Of a stretch of DNA of 64,000 bases, positions 1-12,129 are shown piece after piece; the first letter of the stretch is position 1; the number at the start of each line of letters is the position of its first letter. Source of the stretch: Octopus vulgaris (Eukaryota); the NCBI GenBank assembly GCA_951406725.2, contig OX597818.1, positions 50,592,001 to 50,656,000 of the forward strand, given 5' to 3'. The notes beneath the pieces were generated by a model that saw only the letters and a list, made by a program, of their open reading frames with translations, did not search any database and had not been told where the DNA came from. The position numbers and the translations under genes are program-made.

Positions 1-520
1 CTAACTAGAGATCCAAAAATGAACGACATCCTGAAAACACACAAACTCATCAAATGCAAAAAACAAGACAAATCGCTAAAGAGACTACTACCAAAGCGAA
101 GCTTTACAAAACAACCACGAAACCAACGGTTGAAAAGTGTGGACGCCGAACTGTGGAACCTGCCCCAACCTGCTTGAAGGCTCGGATTTCCTTTTCAAAC
201 AAGGACAGAGGTTCACAATTAAAACTAGTTTCACCTGTGCCTCTGAGAACCTAATTTATGTAATAACCTGCTCGGGTTGCGGTCATTAGTACATTGGACA
301 AACGAGTTTAACTTTGAGAAAGAGAATCACTCTACATAAGGAGCCAATCCGTTTCCAGCAATACAAATTCCTCTCAGTGAACTCATAGAAAAATGTGCAG
401 GTAAAATCAAACCAAATTTCACAGTCTTCCCTTTCTACCAGTGCAAAGACGCAATCTCTCAACTAGAACGTTTAAATAAAGAAACTTTTTTCATTGAAAA
501 ATACAAAACACGTCTTAATA
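1..520 (+). pseudogene. Penelope-like element GIY-YIG endonuclease C-terminal remnant (frameshifts, stop)
   Basis: Joined translation gives KCGR.NCGTCPNL...FTCASENLIYVITCSGCGH*YIGQTSLTLRKRITLH...ERLNKETFFIEKY, a GIY-YIG signature with the Cys cluster typical of Neptune-type Penelope elements. Confidence 0.85.
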
Positions 521-966
521 TGCACGCATAACCAACTTTTATATTTTTACATATTCCATTCAAGATTACATCACTGTACATAAATCCCCTACTAAACAAG
601 GTTTTTTAAAACCTGTCTCTTTTCTGTACACATATTTAATCCCCACCCATTACCGAAAGATGAACAGTTATCTCACTTACAACAATAACAATAATAACAA
701 CTAATTACTTCCCTTTATTTGTCTACTTATGAAGTCATTCACTCGTGAATTTTATCACACACAACATGGAATGAATTTCTTCTTAAGAAAAAATATATAT
801 TCAAATAAATTAAACATAATATCATGAATAGAGATAGCGAAACCGGTCGATATATTAAAAATTATATTAAAACCATGTAAGTGTGCGTATTTTCCTCTTT
901 TAATTTCTTATATACATTACAACCCACAACGTGGGGACAATCGAAATTCCTCTTTTCTGTTACTAC

Positions 967-969
<3 letters not shown>
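521..969 (+). mobile_element. Penelope 3' UTR/pseudo-LTR remnant with degenerate hammerhead halves
   Basis: Follows the GIY-YIG remnant; CTTATGAAG at 726 and CGAAACCGGTC at 838-848; ends at a (TAC)/(TA)n tract. Confidence 0.55.
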
Positions 970-1012
<43 letters not shown>

Positions 1013-1043
1013 ATATCATATATATACACACACACACACACAT

Positions 1044-1102
<59 letters not shown>
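970..1102. repeat. (TA)n/(CA)n compound microsatellite
   Basis: Direct reading. Confidence 0.97.
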
Positions 1103-1104
<2 letters not shown>

Positions 1105-1105
<1 letters not shown>

Positions 1106-1459
1106 TAACAGAATGAGATAAAAATCCAAGGCTGTGAAAGATTTCAGAACATTAATAAAGAGGTCTTACAGCTGTTTCCGGGATATTTTATATATTCCAT
1201 CATCGGAGACGGTGTGAGAAAATGGTTAAGGAATCTTATATGTATACCACCCTGCTTAAATAATGGAACTGTAGATACAATATCCTTGCATATCTCACGT
1301 CTGTTTTCATTCCTCCACTTCACTCTGTATTTCATATCTTCTCTAGAATAACTATTGCTTAACCATTTTCTCATACTGTTTCCGATGAAGGGATATATAC
1401 AATATCCCGGAAACAGCTGTAAGACCTTCTCTTTATAAATGTTCTGAAATCTTTCACAG
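1105..1459. mobile_element. Fold-back Penelope-type pLTR insert with hammerhead motif
   Basis: Imperfect inverted arms 1132-1230 / 1358-1459; + arm reads CCGATGA-A-GGGATAT(ataca)ATATCCC-G-GAAAC-AGCT-GTA at 1382-1421. Confidence 0.75.
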
Positions 1460-1573
1460 GCGCAGGAATGGCTGTGTGGTAAGTACCTTGCTTACCAACC
1501 ACATTGTTTCGGGTTCATTCCCACTGCGTGGCACCTTGGTCGAGTGTCTTCTGCTATAGCATCGGGCCGACCA
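1458..1573 (+). mobile_element. SINE family A, 5' head only
   Basis: AGGCGCAGGA.TGGCTGTGTGGTAAG head, B-box-like GGTTCA.TCCC, CORE-like CACCTTGG.C.AGTGTCTT. Confidence 0.85.
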
Positions 1574-1598
1574 TTTCTTTTGCCCTTGTTTATAAGTG

Positions 1599-1663
<65 letters not shown>

Positions 1664-1874
1664 GAGAGGGAGAGAGAGAGAGAGCTACATACATACATAC
1701 ACACACACAAATTTGGACCAAACTTCGAAGTCATTGTCAATAATATTCTTGTTTAAGAATAATACAATCTTACTCTACAAGAGTATAGAACAACCCATCA
1801 TATTAATGTGAAATTGTTTTTACTGTAACTGAATATAAAAAGAAACATTAACATATATATATACGTATAGATAG

Positions 1875-1961
<87 letters not shown>

Positions 1962-2538
1962 TAGAGGCAAAGAGACAGAGACAGAGAAAGAGAAATGATG
2001 CAGACAGCTTGACAGAGAAAGTGAGAATCCCTCATGCACTTTGTGATATAATCATAAATCAACAACCGAAGTATTAAAATAAATATATGAATCAGACTTC
2101 GATTGATAGATGGAGATAGATATTATTTCAGCGAAATGTCAGATGTTCTTTCTGCTGACAGTTTTATTATGAATGTATAATATTCAGTTACATTTGTTTA
2201 CGCAAACTTTCGACGTTCTAAGAGAACCAAAAGCTAACACGGTGACATTAGTTGATCAACGTTGACGAACAAATAGTATAAATTATTGACCAGTAAAGTA
2301 GTCTTTGTTTGTTTGTCTTATGATATACTATATAGAAGGACTTATAGATGCAAACCAGCAATGCCAGCGCAAATTAAGTAAAAGTAATTTATTATCGTAG
2401 ATAATCGAAAACGAAAAGACACAGAGAAGGTCGACTGTAGCTTTAGTCGTGTTTACAATTTCATCAGCCACCGTCTTGAATGTCCACAATGAAAGTGTAT
2501 ATATAACCACTGTAATTAATAGCTTGCCCAAGGTGGCC

Positions 2539-2635
2539 CGCAGTAGCACCTTGGTCAAATGTCTTCTGCTATTGTCTTGGGTCGACCAAAACCTCGTGAG
2601 TAGATTTGCTAGATACAAATTGAAAGAAGCCCATC

Positions 2636-2637
<2 letters not shown>
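2539..2637 (+). mobile_element. SINE family A fragment
   Basis: Diverged match to the family A middle part, ending GAAAGAAGCCCATCG before (TA)n. Confidence 0.7.
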
Positions 2638-2681
<44 letters not shown>

Positions 2682-2686
<5 letters not shown>

Positions 2687-3041
2687 AGGTTATTGCAGTT
2701 CGCTTGAAGCATTGTGTATTGTTTAGTAAAATATAATGTGTCTTGAATGGCACAAAAATGCACTATATTAACAACAATGGACTATAATAACTGGTGTAAT
2801 TTAATCAACCATAGTCTCATATAATGACAATATTTGGGACTACAAAAGTTCTTTCTTCAGATATCACTAGAAAAGTGCTCGAGCCACTGCTACACTCGAT
2901 TGTAGCAATCACTCGAACAATTCCTAGCGTTATCTGATGAAGGAATTTTTGCGTTCTAAAAGATTATGATTATATCAGACTGTGGGTAATTGAATTATAA
3001 TAGTTATGATAATGTATTGTTGTGCCATTGAAGGCACATTA

Positions 3042-3046
<5 letters not shown>
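2682..3046. mobile_element. Degenerate fold-back insert between (TA)n tracts; homologous to 61153-61355
   Basis: AAATATAATGTGTCTTGAATGGCACAA pairs with TTGTGCCATTGAAGGCACATTATATTT; CTGATGAAGGAA at 2934. Confidence 0.65.
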
Positions 3047-3086
<40 letters not shown>

Positions 3087-3089
<3 letters not shown>

Positions 3090-3425
3090 ATCATATCAAA
3101 GGGAAATGGAAATTAATTCAAATTTACATTTCCAGTGGTCTAACGTGTAAACATTTAGCCTCAAAGACTATATATTAGTCATAAGATACAGTGTAAACTT
3201 AAACACATGAGGAATCCACTCGTAGGATTCAACATGCTAGAAAAATAAAAACATTTTACCATCCAGTTGGTAAAATTTACCATCTAGATGGTAAAATGTT
3301 TTTATTCTTCCTTTTGTTCATGTCGAATTTTATCCCTAATTTTTGTGGTTATAGAACCTAGCGGTTCTTTCTAGCGTGTTGAATCCTATGAGTGGATTTC
3401 TCATGTGCTTAAATATACACTTTAT

Positions 3426-3429
<4 letters not shown>
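3087..3429. mobile_element. Degenerate fold-back insert between (TA)n tracts
   Basis: Inverted arms ~3183-3243 / 3368-3428, plus inner hairpin AATAAAACATTTTACCATC / GATGGTAAAATGTTTTATT. Confidence 0.65.
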
Positions 3430-3461
<32 letters not shown>

Positions 3462-3698
3462 TTATTGGTATCCAGAAGTCCCAAGGTGGGATATAACGCT
3501 ATGCAAGTCCTATATTAGCTTTTCGAAATACGAGACAAGAAAAACAGCCAACAACTGATGAAGAGTCGTTCTTTATGTTGTTTGTTTTGTTTTCCGTTTG
3601 TGTCCTTCGTTGTTCAAAGGACATACTTCATGTTCCATGTACTCGTGCTTCGTACTTTATTGTTGTACACGTTTCGTGAAGCCCTGTGCCCACATATG

Positions 3699-3778
<80 letters not shown>

Positions 3779-3973
3779 TAATATATATAATATATATAAT
3801 ATATACAATATATCCCCTTCCCCCCAAATTTCTTGAATTGTGCCTAGAGTAGAAACGAATATATACACGCCTACATACAGAGGTACATATGCGCGCTTGT
3901 GTGGGCGCAGGCGCGTACGTGCGTGTACGTGTATTCGTTTTCCTCTTTATTTATGTGAATGAACGTACGTACC

Positions 3974-4353
3974 TATGTATGTATGTGTGTATGTATGTAT
4001 GTATGTATGTATGTATGTATGTATGTATGTATGGATGGATGGATGGATGGATGGGTGGATGTATGTATGTATGTATGGATGGATGGATGGATGGATGGAT
4101 GGGGGGATGTATGTATGTATGTATGTATGTATGTATGTATGTATGTATGTGTGTATGTAAGTATGTATGTTTGTATGTATGTATGTGTGTATGTATGTAT
4201 GTGTGTATGTATGTATGTATGTATGTATGTATGTATGTATGTATGTATGTATGTATGTATGTGTGTATGTATGTATGTATATATGTACGTACGTATGTAT
4301 GCATGTATGTATGTATGCATGTATGCATGTATGTATGTATGTATGTATGTATG
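3974..4353. repeat. (TATG)n/(GGAT)n compound microsatellite
   Basis: Direct reading. Confidence 0.97.
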
Positions 4354-4769
4354 TTGTGTGTACGTGTTTATGTGCGTGAGTCGATTAGTATAGCTTGAAT
4401 GCGTTTGGTTTATCGATATAAGAATGTTTAACTGATTGCTTAAGAATTTTGACTATTTAGTTAAACCATTACACAACCACCACACCATGTGCACACACAC
4501 ATACATACATATACACTCATATACACACACGAACACTTGCATAAAATTTTAATTACTCTGCTCTTAGCACAGACATTGCATGCTAGTTATCAACCTTTCC
4601 ATGACTCTTAAATATCAAGAATTATTCCATAAGTGTCGTCTAATCTTTCTAACTGCATTTTATGCTAAAAGCTGATTTATATTTGATTAGTTAACTGCTA
4701 GCACCATCTTTATGATCTAATTATCATAAATGACAGTCTAGAAACATTCATAGCTGCAAAACTAGATCA

Positions 4770-5495
4770 AGGCGCAGGAGTGGCTGTGTGGTAAGTAGCT
4801 TGCTAACCAACCACACGGTTGCGGGTTCAGTCCTACTGCGTGGCATCTTGGGCAAGTGTCTTCTGCTATAGCCCCGGGCCGACCAATGCCTTGTGAGTGG
4901 CTGTGTGGTAAGTAGCTTGCTAACCAACCACATGGTTCCGGGTTCAGTCCCACTGCGTGGCATCTTGGGCAAGTGTCTTCTGCTATAGCCCCGGGCCGAC
5001 CAATGCCTTGTGAGTGGCTGTGTGGTAAGTAGCTTGCTAACCAACCACACGGTTGCGGGTTCAGTCCCACTGCGTGGCATCTTGGGCAAGTGTCTTCTGC
5101 TATAGCCCCGGGCCGACCAATGCCTTGTGAGTGATTGTGTGGTAAGTAGCTTGCTAACCAACCACACGGTTGCGGGTTCAGTCCCACTGCGTGGCATCTT
5201 GGGCAAGTGTCTTCTGCTATAGCCCAGGGCCGACCAATGCCTTGTGAGTGGATTTGGTAGACGGAAACTGAAAGAAGCCTGTCGTATATATATGTATATA
5301 TATGTATATCTGTGTGTGTTTGTGTGTCTGTGTTTGTCCCCCCTAGCATTGCTTGACAACCGATGCTGGTGTGTTTAGGTCCCCGTCACTTAGCGGTTCG
5401 GCAAAAAGAGACCGATAGAATAAGTACTAAAAGGTGGTGCTCCAGCATGGCCGCAGTCAAATGACTGAAACAAATAAATAAAAAAAAAAAAGAGT
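4770..5495 (+). mobile_element. SINE family A with 4x tandem 117-bp head
   Basis: Unit starts GAGTG at 4778, 4895, 5012 and 5129; the normal body resumes at 5246. Confidence 0.92.
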
Positions 5496-5741
5496 CGATT
5501 ATGAGGACGTGTGCAAGTCGACGCTGATTGTCTAAATCATGCACCAAGAACACTTAAGCAGTGAGTATGACGCTTCTTTTTAACAGCTTTGTGTATCCAG
5601 GACAAGTTCGTCTATGTTCTTCTGGTAACCAGTGAGGGTGTCTGTACAATAGCAACTTGTACATGCATTGATCCATTTATGGGGTCATGTTTTTTTTTTT
5701 TTACTTGTTTACGGTCGACATGTGTATGATGCCGATCTTTT

Positions 5742-5902
5742 AGGTGTGGCTTGTGTGGTAAGAAGCTTGCTTCCCAACCACATGGTTCTGGGTTCAGTCC
5801 CACTGCATGGAACCTTAGGCAAATGACTTCTGATATAGCCTCGTGCCGACCAAAACCTTGTGAGTGTATTTGGTAGGCGGAAACTGAAAAAAACCCGACG
5901 TG
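5742..5902 (+). mobile_element. SINE family A 5' half (diverged)
   Basis: Match to head through GGAAACTGAAA. Confidence 0.8.
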
Positions 5903-5914
5903 TGTATACATACA

Positions 5915-5948
<34 letters not shown>

Positions 5949-5971
5949 CATACATACATACATACATACAT

Positions 5972-6049
<78 letters not shown>

Positions 6050-6050
<1 letters not shown>

Positions 6051-6355
6051 CAATAATAAATCTCTGAACGAGATGTAAACAGTAACCGCTGGACAACGTA
6101 AAGTATACTAGCCATCTCAATATGGCTAACCACAAAGGGTGGGTGTTACTGTAGCTTTTAGCCCCAGGAAATCATCGTCTCCAGCTGGCTTTAAGCACAC
6201 TTTCTGTGCCCTTATGGTATTTGCAAAGGGAGGTCATCCCTCTCTCGTAAACCTAAGTGATACGCACGGACTGCAGTTTCGAGGTATTTGCCTCTTGTCA
6301 ACGTACGGTAATCACCGGTTTTCGATGAAGGGAGACCTGTTTGCAAATACTTATT
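6050..6355 (-). mobile_element. Penelope-type pLTR remnant with long stem-loop and degenerate hammerhead
   Basis: Minus strand ACG-TTGACAA-GAGG(caaata)CCTC-GAAAC-TGCA-GTC-CGT at 6266-6304; 6104-6167 is homologous in reverse to 20892-20956. Confidence 0.6.
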
Positions 6356-6955
6356 GTTTTTCCCAGTAACTTCCGTCACTGATTTCGAAAAACTGTCTGC
6401 AAGCAATATCCGCCTACTTAAAAACCTCTGTATATCTGAACGTGGATACAGTGTACAAAGCCAAACAACTGCGGTATTCGTCTTAACAAAATATCTTGTG
6501 CGGACTTGATATGATAAAATGCACGAAAACATTTAATAGTAGAAGGAAACTGTCTAGCAATTCCACCGACGCTGCAAGACGATTTTCGTCAGCTTCTGAT
6601 ATTCATCTTTGTTTTTTACCACTAAACCTCTGTACAAAATGCATTCTGAAGACGGCTGCTGCAATTCTGTAGCTTTCTATTCGACATCCACGTTAAGTAA
6701 AATATACAGAATGCTATTTTGAAATAGTACAGCTTCGTCGCTAATAACGAATATTTCCCGAACAAGATATTTAGTATTTCCCTATCAGTAAATTTGATTA
6801 TCAAATCAACATTCATTATCTGTTGACGATTTGACAGATAGGAAGATATAAGCAATATTTTCTACGTTGTTATTTATCTGGCTTATGACATAAATTCGTT
6901 CGTTTTTATTTTCCAATTTATTTTAACTCTTTCCAGTGCCATTTGAATTAACACG

Positions 6956-7014
<59 letters not shown>

Positions 7015-7019
<5 letters not shown>

Positions 7020-7498
7020 GAAAGAATGGAGTTGAACGACGATTTAACAAAATTCCTTTATTCTCGACATATGTTTCGAAGGCTGCATATTCCTAATTTC
7101 GAAGGAATAAGGGGTGCATTATGCCACCTTCTCATCAGGAAATTTCATCTTAGATCGCTATGGGCTCCGTGTGGGCAGTCATCTAAGAGCTTTTGTTCAT
7201 CTTGATGCTGACATAAGTTCCTTGTTTTTCCTGATGAGAAGGCGGCATAATGCACCCCTTATTCCTTCGAAATTAGGAATATGCAGCCTTCGAAACATAT
7301 GTCGAGAATAAAGGAATTTTGTTAAATCGTCGTTCAACTCCATTCTTTCATTTATTTGTATTAAAAAAACACACACATTTCCACACGAAAGCACGTGATC
7401 TCTGCCCTTGGCATGTAGCTTCAACCGTGTTTTTCTGTCGTGAATTTTACCCAGGTATCGGTTAACCGAATTATCCATACTAAGATAATTCATTCAAC

Positions 7499-7502
<4 letters not shown>
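7015..7502. mobile_element. Fold-back Penelope-type pLTR insert with intact hammerhead
   Basis: Near-perfect arms ~7015-7143 / 7228-7355; flanked by (TA)n on both sides. Confidence 0.85.
7226..7308 (+). ncRNA. Minimal type I hammerhead ribozyme motif
   Basis: TTTTC-CTGATGA-GAAGGC...GCCTTC-GAAAC-ATAT-GTC-GAGAA followed by AATAAA; mirrored on the minus strand in the left arm. Confidence 0.8.
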
Positions 7503-7540
<38 letters not shown>

Positions 7541-7547
7541 CATATAC

Positions 7548-7774
7548 TTTATTTAAAAGCAGCAGAAATATAACAAAAACTGTTACTCGGAGTTTCACGT
7601 TCCCGTTCGTTGGACAGTTTTGTTAAAATAACTGTCCGACGAACGGGAACGTGAAACTCCGAGTAACAGCTTTTGTTATATTTCTGCTGCTCTTAAATAA
7701 ATCATATTACTCTACCTCTGGTACTTGAGTACTCTTTTTTTCCACCTTGTTTCACATTTATGTGCTTACTCCGG
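7548..7774. mobile_element. Fold-back insert with hammerhead motif
   Basis: Arms ~7548-7619 / 7630-7701; CTGT-CCGACGA-ACG(ggaa)CGT-GAAAC-TCCGA-GTA-ACAG at 7632-7669, then AATAAA. Confidence 0.78.
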
Positions 7775-8055
<281 letters not shown>

Positions 8056-8124
8056 TTGCAACTATTCGTCAAAGAAATTATCTTCATTGTCCTTGAAATT
8101 TGAATAAATTTTGCCTCTTTCCAG

Positions 8125-8215
8125 AAATATCAAGGTGGAGTTCCAAGCTGGGGAAAAAAAGCCCGAACGTATATATCTGACAACCCGATATGTTAAATTC
8201 AATGGAAAAGCAGAG
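8125..8215 (+). CDS. Candidate internal coding exon (91 nt), product unknown
   Basis: Acceptor TTTTGCCTCTTTCCAG|, donor GAG|GTGAGT, open frame xNIKVEFQAGEKKPERIYLTTRYVKFNGKAE in non-repetitive sequence. Confidence 0.45.
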
Positions 8216-8775
8216 GTGAGTATTTTTCGTATTGCCACATTATATTTACAGAAAAAAAAAAAAATTTTTATCGATCTTAGAAAAATGTATTTATTACTGT
8301 TCATTTTATTGTAATACGAATTATATTGTATCATGTGATTCAGACTACCCGTTTATGAATCTGTAGCATGTTTTGATTATTCTGTGCATACGAAGAATAG
8401 CAGCTGCCTCTTATGTATAGTGGGTAGCTGATATGAATATGGATCGGAGGAAGTTATAATGCTGAATTTATTGCTAAGATTTCATTGTAAAAGATATTCG
8501 ACATTTCAAGCTCTAGAAATTGAATGCAGTAGCCCTGTTTTTTTTTTTTTTGATTCTGTTTCACATTGGCACATGTAATGTTTAATGTTAATATAATGCT
8601 GATTTAAAATTTCCATTCTCATACTTGTATATCTCGCAAAATCTAGAGTTCACCTAGTTGTTGATATATATACCAGGTGATGTCAGTGTCACTGACTGTT
8701 GCAAGTAACTTTAAGTGTGTACGCAGTGAAAGTATAACGTGATTCACTAGCTTGCAGTGTTGTATTCATTTCACT

Positions 8776-9440
<665 letters not shown>

Positions 9441-9442
<2 letters not shown>

Positions 9443-9655
9443 GGTGGTGAGCTGGCGGAATCGTTAGCACGCCGGGTGAAATGCTTAGCGATATTTCGTC
9501 TGTCTTCGTGTTCTGAGTTCAAACTCCGTCGTGGACAACTTTGCCGTTCATCTTTTCGGGGTCGATAAATTAAGTGCCAGTTGAACACTGGGGTCGATGT
9601 AATAGACTCATCCCCTCCCCCAAAATAGCTGCCCTTCTGAAAAAATTTGAAACCA
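9441..9655 (+). mobile_element. SINE family B (Deu/Nin-domain-like)
   Basis: GGTGGTGAGCTGGCGGAATCGTTAGCACGCCGGG head; TTCATC.TTTCGGGGTCGATAAATTAAGT.CCAG central motif. Confidence 0.85.
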
Positions 9656-9681
9656 TTATTATTACTGTTATTATTATTTGT

Positions 9682-10025
9682 TCTAACATAGGCACAATAC
9701 CAGAATATTTGAGAGTAGGGGTTCAATCTACCCCTGTCCATAACAAGTACTTTATTTTATCGACCTCGGAAGGATGAAAGGTAAAGTTGACTTCGGCAGG
9801 TTTTGAACTCAGAAAGTAAAACAACGGAAACGAAAATGTTGTAAGCCATTTTATCCGACGTCCTAACGATTCTGTAAATTCACTCTTAGAGTTCTTGCTA
9901 ACGTAAATTTAAGGCCTGAAATGTTGTGAGAAGGGGTTATTTGATGATATTGATTGCAGTACTTCGCTGATATTTCGTTTTTTCGAGTCCGAGAGGATAA
10001 AAGATAAAGTTGATCTTGACCTCTA
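9682..10025 (-). mobile_element. Two old SINE family B-like copies
   Basis: TTTATCGACCTCGGAAGGATGAAAGGTAAAGTTGAC, and a second more degraded match near 9985-10020. Confidence 0.6.
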
Positions 10026-10154
10026 GCGTGGCCTTGGACATTTGCTTCTCCTTCTGAGCTCACAATACTCCCTTGATAATATTACTGACCAGATTAAGAA
10101 CTAAAATTCCAGTAGAAGAAAGCAAGTCATAAACGTAGGACGAAATATGTTAAT

Positions 10155-10462
10155 ACCTGCATGGTGCCAAAGTTCCCAACATCACCATCAAAATACAAGA
10201 CCAGATACTGCAACAGCTTGGATTTCAGGGGACCACAGCTCTTCAATATCCTTCCTAAATGCCTGAGAGACCTGCATGGTGTGGATGTGGCTTTCTTTAA
10301 AATTAAACTGGATCTCTTCTTGTCAGGGGTTCCAGATGAACCTACCTCCCGGCAGGAAATACAGATGCGGGCAGCGGCGTCGAACTCCCTTGTTGACCAA
10401 GTGCCACGCATCAGTGGTAGCTTCACATACTAGTGTAGCTCATTGAACGGTGGTGCCCCAAC
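10155..10462 (+). pseudogene. 3' fragment of a CR1-group non-LTR retrotransposon ORF2 plus short 3' UTR
   Basis: NSLDFRGPQLFNILPKCLRDL..VDVAFFKIKLDLFLSGVPDEP...RAAASNSLVDQ matches the C-terminal LFNxLP..FK..LD.FL pattern after the RT domain. Confidence 0.75.
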
Positions 10463-11673
10463 ATAAAACATTTTTAAGGATTTAAGGGTTTATATTAAAT
10501 AAAACCGTCATAAAACTAAATGTATATAACGATGAGTGTTTTTTTTTAAATAGGTGTCGTGGCTCTGCCAGGAAGCTTCTGATTAATTGTCATGTTTTAT
10601 CTTAATATCTTGTGAGTTTAGCGTCGATATTATATTTTGCTATATGTCCACTAAAGGAAATCTTATCATCATTTGGAGTCAAGGGAACCTTCCGGAAGGC
10701 TCGATTGGTATCACTAAATTTTGGGGGAAAATTTAACTTCATTATCGCAAAACTGACAACAATAAACCTCGAAGTGTTTGTTTGACTATCTAGAAACAAC
10801 AGCCATATTTCCCTCAAATCACATCCTACCATTGTGGAAATGTAGTGATACGTTAGATAATGTAATTATTGGTAGGCAAAACTAGAAAGAAAGACATGTA
10901 GCCATTCCTAGAATGCTTGTGATCCTAGGTATACTCAGCAAGAGCTGACCTAGGGCTAAATACTAACAATAGCGACAAATGATATTGATTTAATGGATGG
11001 AAAAATGTTTCATGTTGGTAATGGGATCAGACTTGAAAGAAAAATAGTTGTAAATCGGTGGTGTTGTATATAAACATATATATCAAACGAAAGAAAATAT
11101 TGAAGTGTCTGAAACTTTAAAGCTATTAGATTTAAACTACATACTATTGTGCGAGAGAGATGTAATGAAATTAAGTATTTAACAAAATTACACCAATGAA
11201 CAAAATGTGCTTTGTAAAGAGGTGTTTTATCATTGCGAGTTTATCAGTAAAATCATCGGGCACTGATACTAATGAAAGACTCGATGCTCTCTCGTTCCTC
11301 AAGCTATTAATAAGGAAGCTGTATAAAAGATAACGCAGATAATTATTACACATGTTCTGAGGTTTGAAATTTCAGAAATTTGTATGGCATCTGTAATGGA
11401 AAATTTAATAAGTCTCGCTTGACGTCACGACATATATTGAAATAAAAATGGAAGAAAAAAAATTGTGATATTAATTTGAAGTTTAAACGTATTTCTGGAA
11501 CAAAAAATATTTTTTTAATGCGAGAAAGAGTTAATTTTTCTATTTATAATTAAGCTTGTAAAAAAAAGAAATTGTTTATTTTAGCCATATTGAATGTAAT
11601 ATTAAATTATCAAGGTGAACGTATGAAGTTCAGCAATTAGGATTTTTGTTGTTTGTATTCGTTCTTATTGATT

Positions 11674-11958
11674 GAAAGCACATATCAAGCGATCATCTCG
11701 AAGCACTCTAAAATTACTGTTAACATTTCATAAATATATATTATAAAATTAACCAGTCTCTCACATTATAAAATATGTTTCACACATTCAGCTATATGTG
11801 TGAAATTGCTTCTGAGCCAATCGCGACTATGTTGCTTGAATAGGAATAGACTAGAAAATAGTATAGCAAGGCTGGTGAAAAGAAAGCACATATCAAGCGA
11901 TCATCTCGAAGCACTCTAAAATTACTGTTAACATTTCATAAATATATATTATAAAATT
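11674..11958. repeat. 77-bp exact direct repeat (11674-11750, 11882-11958) around a 131-bp spacer
   Basis: GAAAGCACATATCAAGCGATC...TTATAAAATT occurs twice. Confidence 0.9.
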
Positions 11959-12129
11959 TACTATTATTATGTTATAATTTAAGTAATGTCAACACAGCAA
12001 TACTGATTTCTAACATACGTACCACCATTTCAGAGAATACCGATTTTGCAAATTCACAATATAACAATTATTTTCAATTTAGGCACAAATCTAAATTGAG
12101 TAAATGTCAAATAGTCTTGAAGTTGTAGA

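Noticed and set aside
3457-3700. CTGATGAAGAG at 3556 as a hammerhead
   Set aside because: No matching stem II or GAAAC-GTH half found; probably a decayed pLTR but unsupported.
4778-5251. CRISPR-like periodicity
   Set aside because: Whole units are repeated with no unique spacers; eukaryotic context.
4748-5359. 203-aa and 195-aa repeat ORFs
   Set aside because: Antisense frames of a tandemly repeated 117-bp SINE head.
6937-6955. Micro-exon PFELTR in phase with the 8125 exon
   Set aside because: Good acceptor, but the would-be donor reads GAATAT rather than GT.
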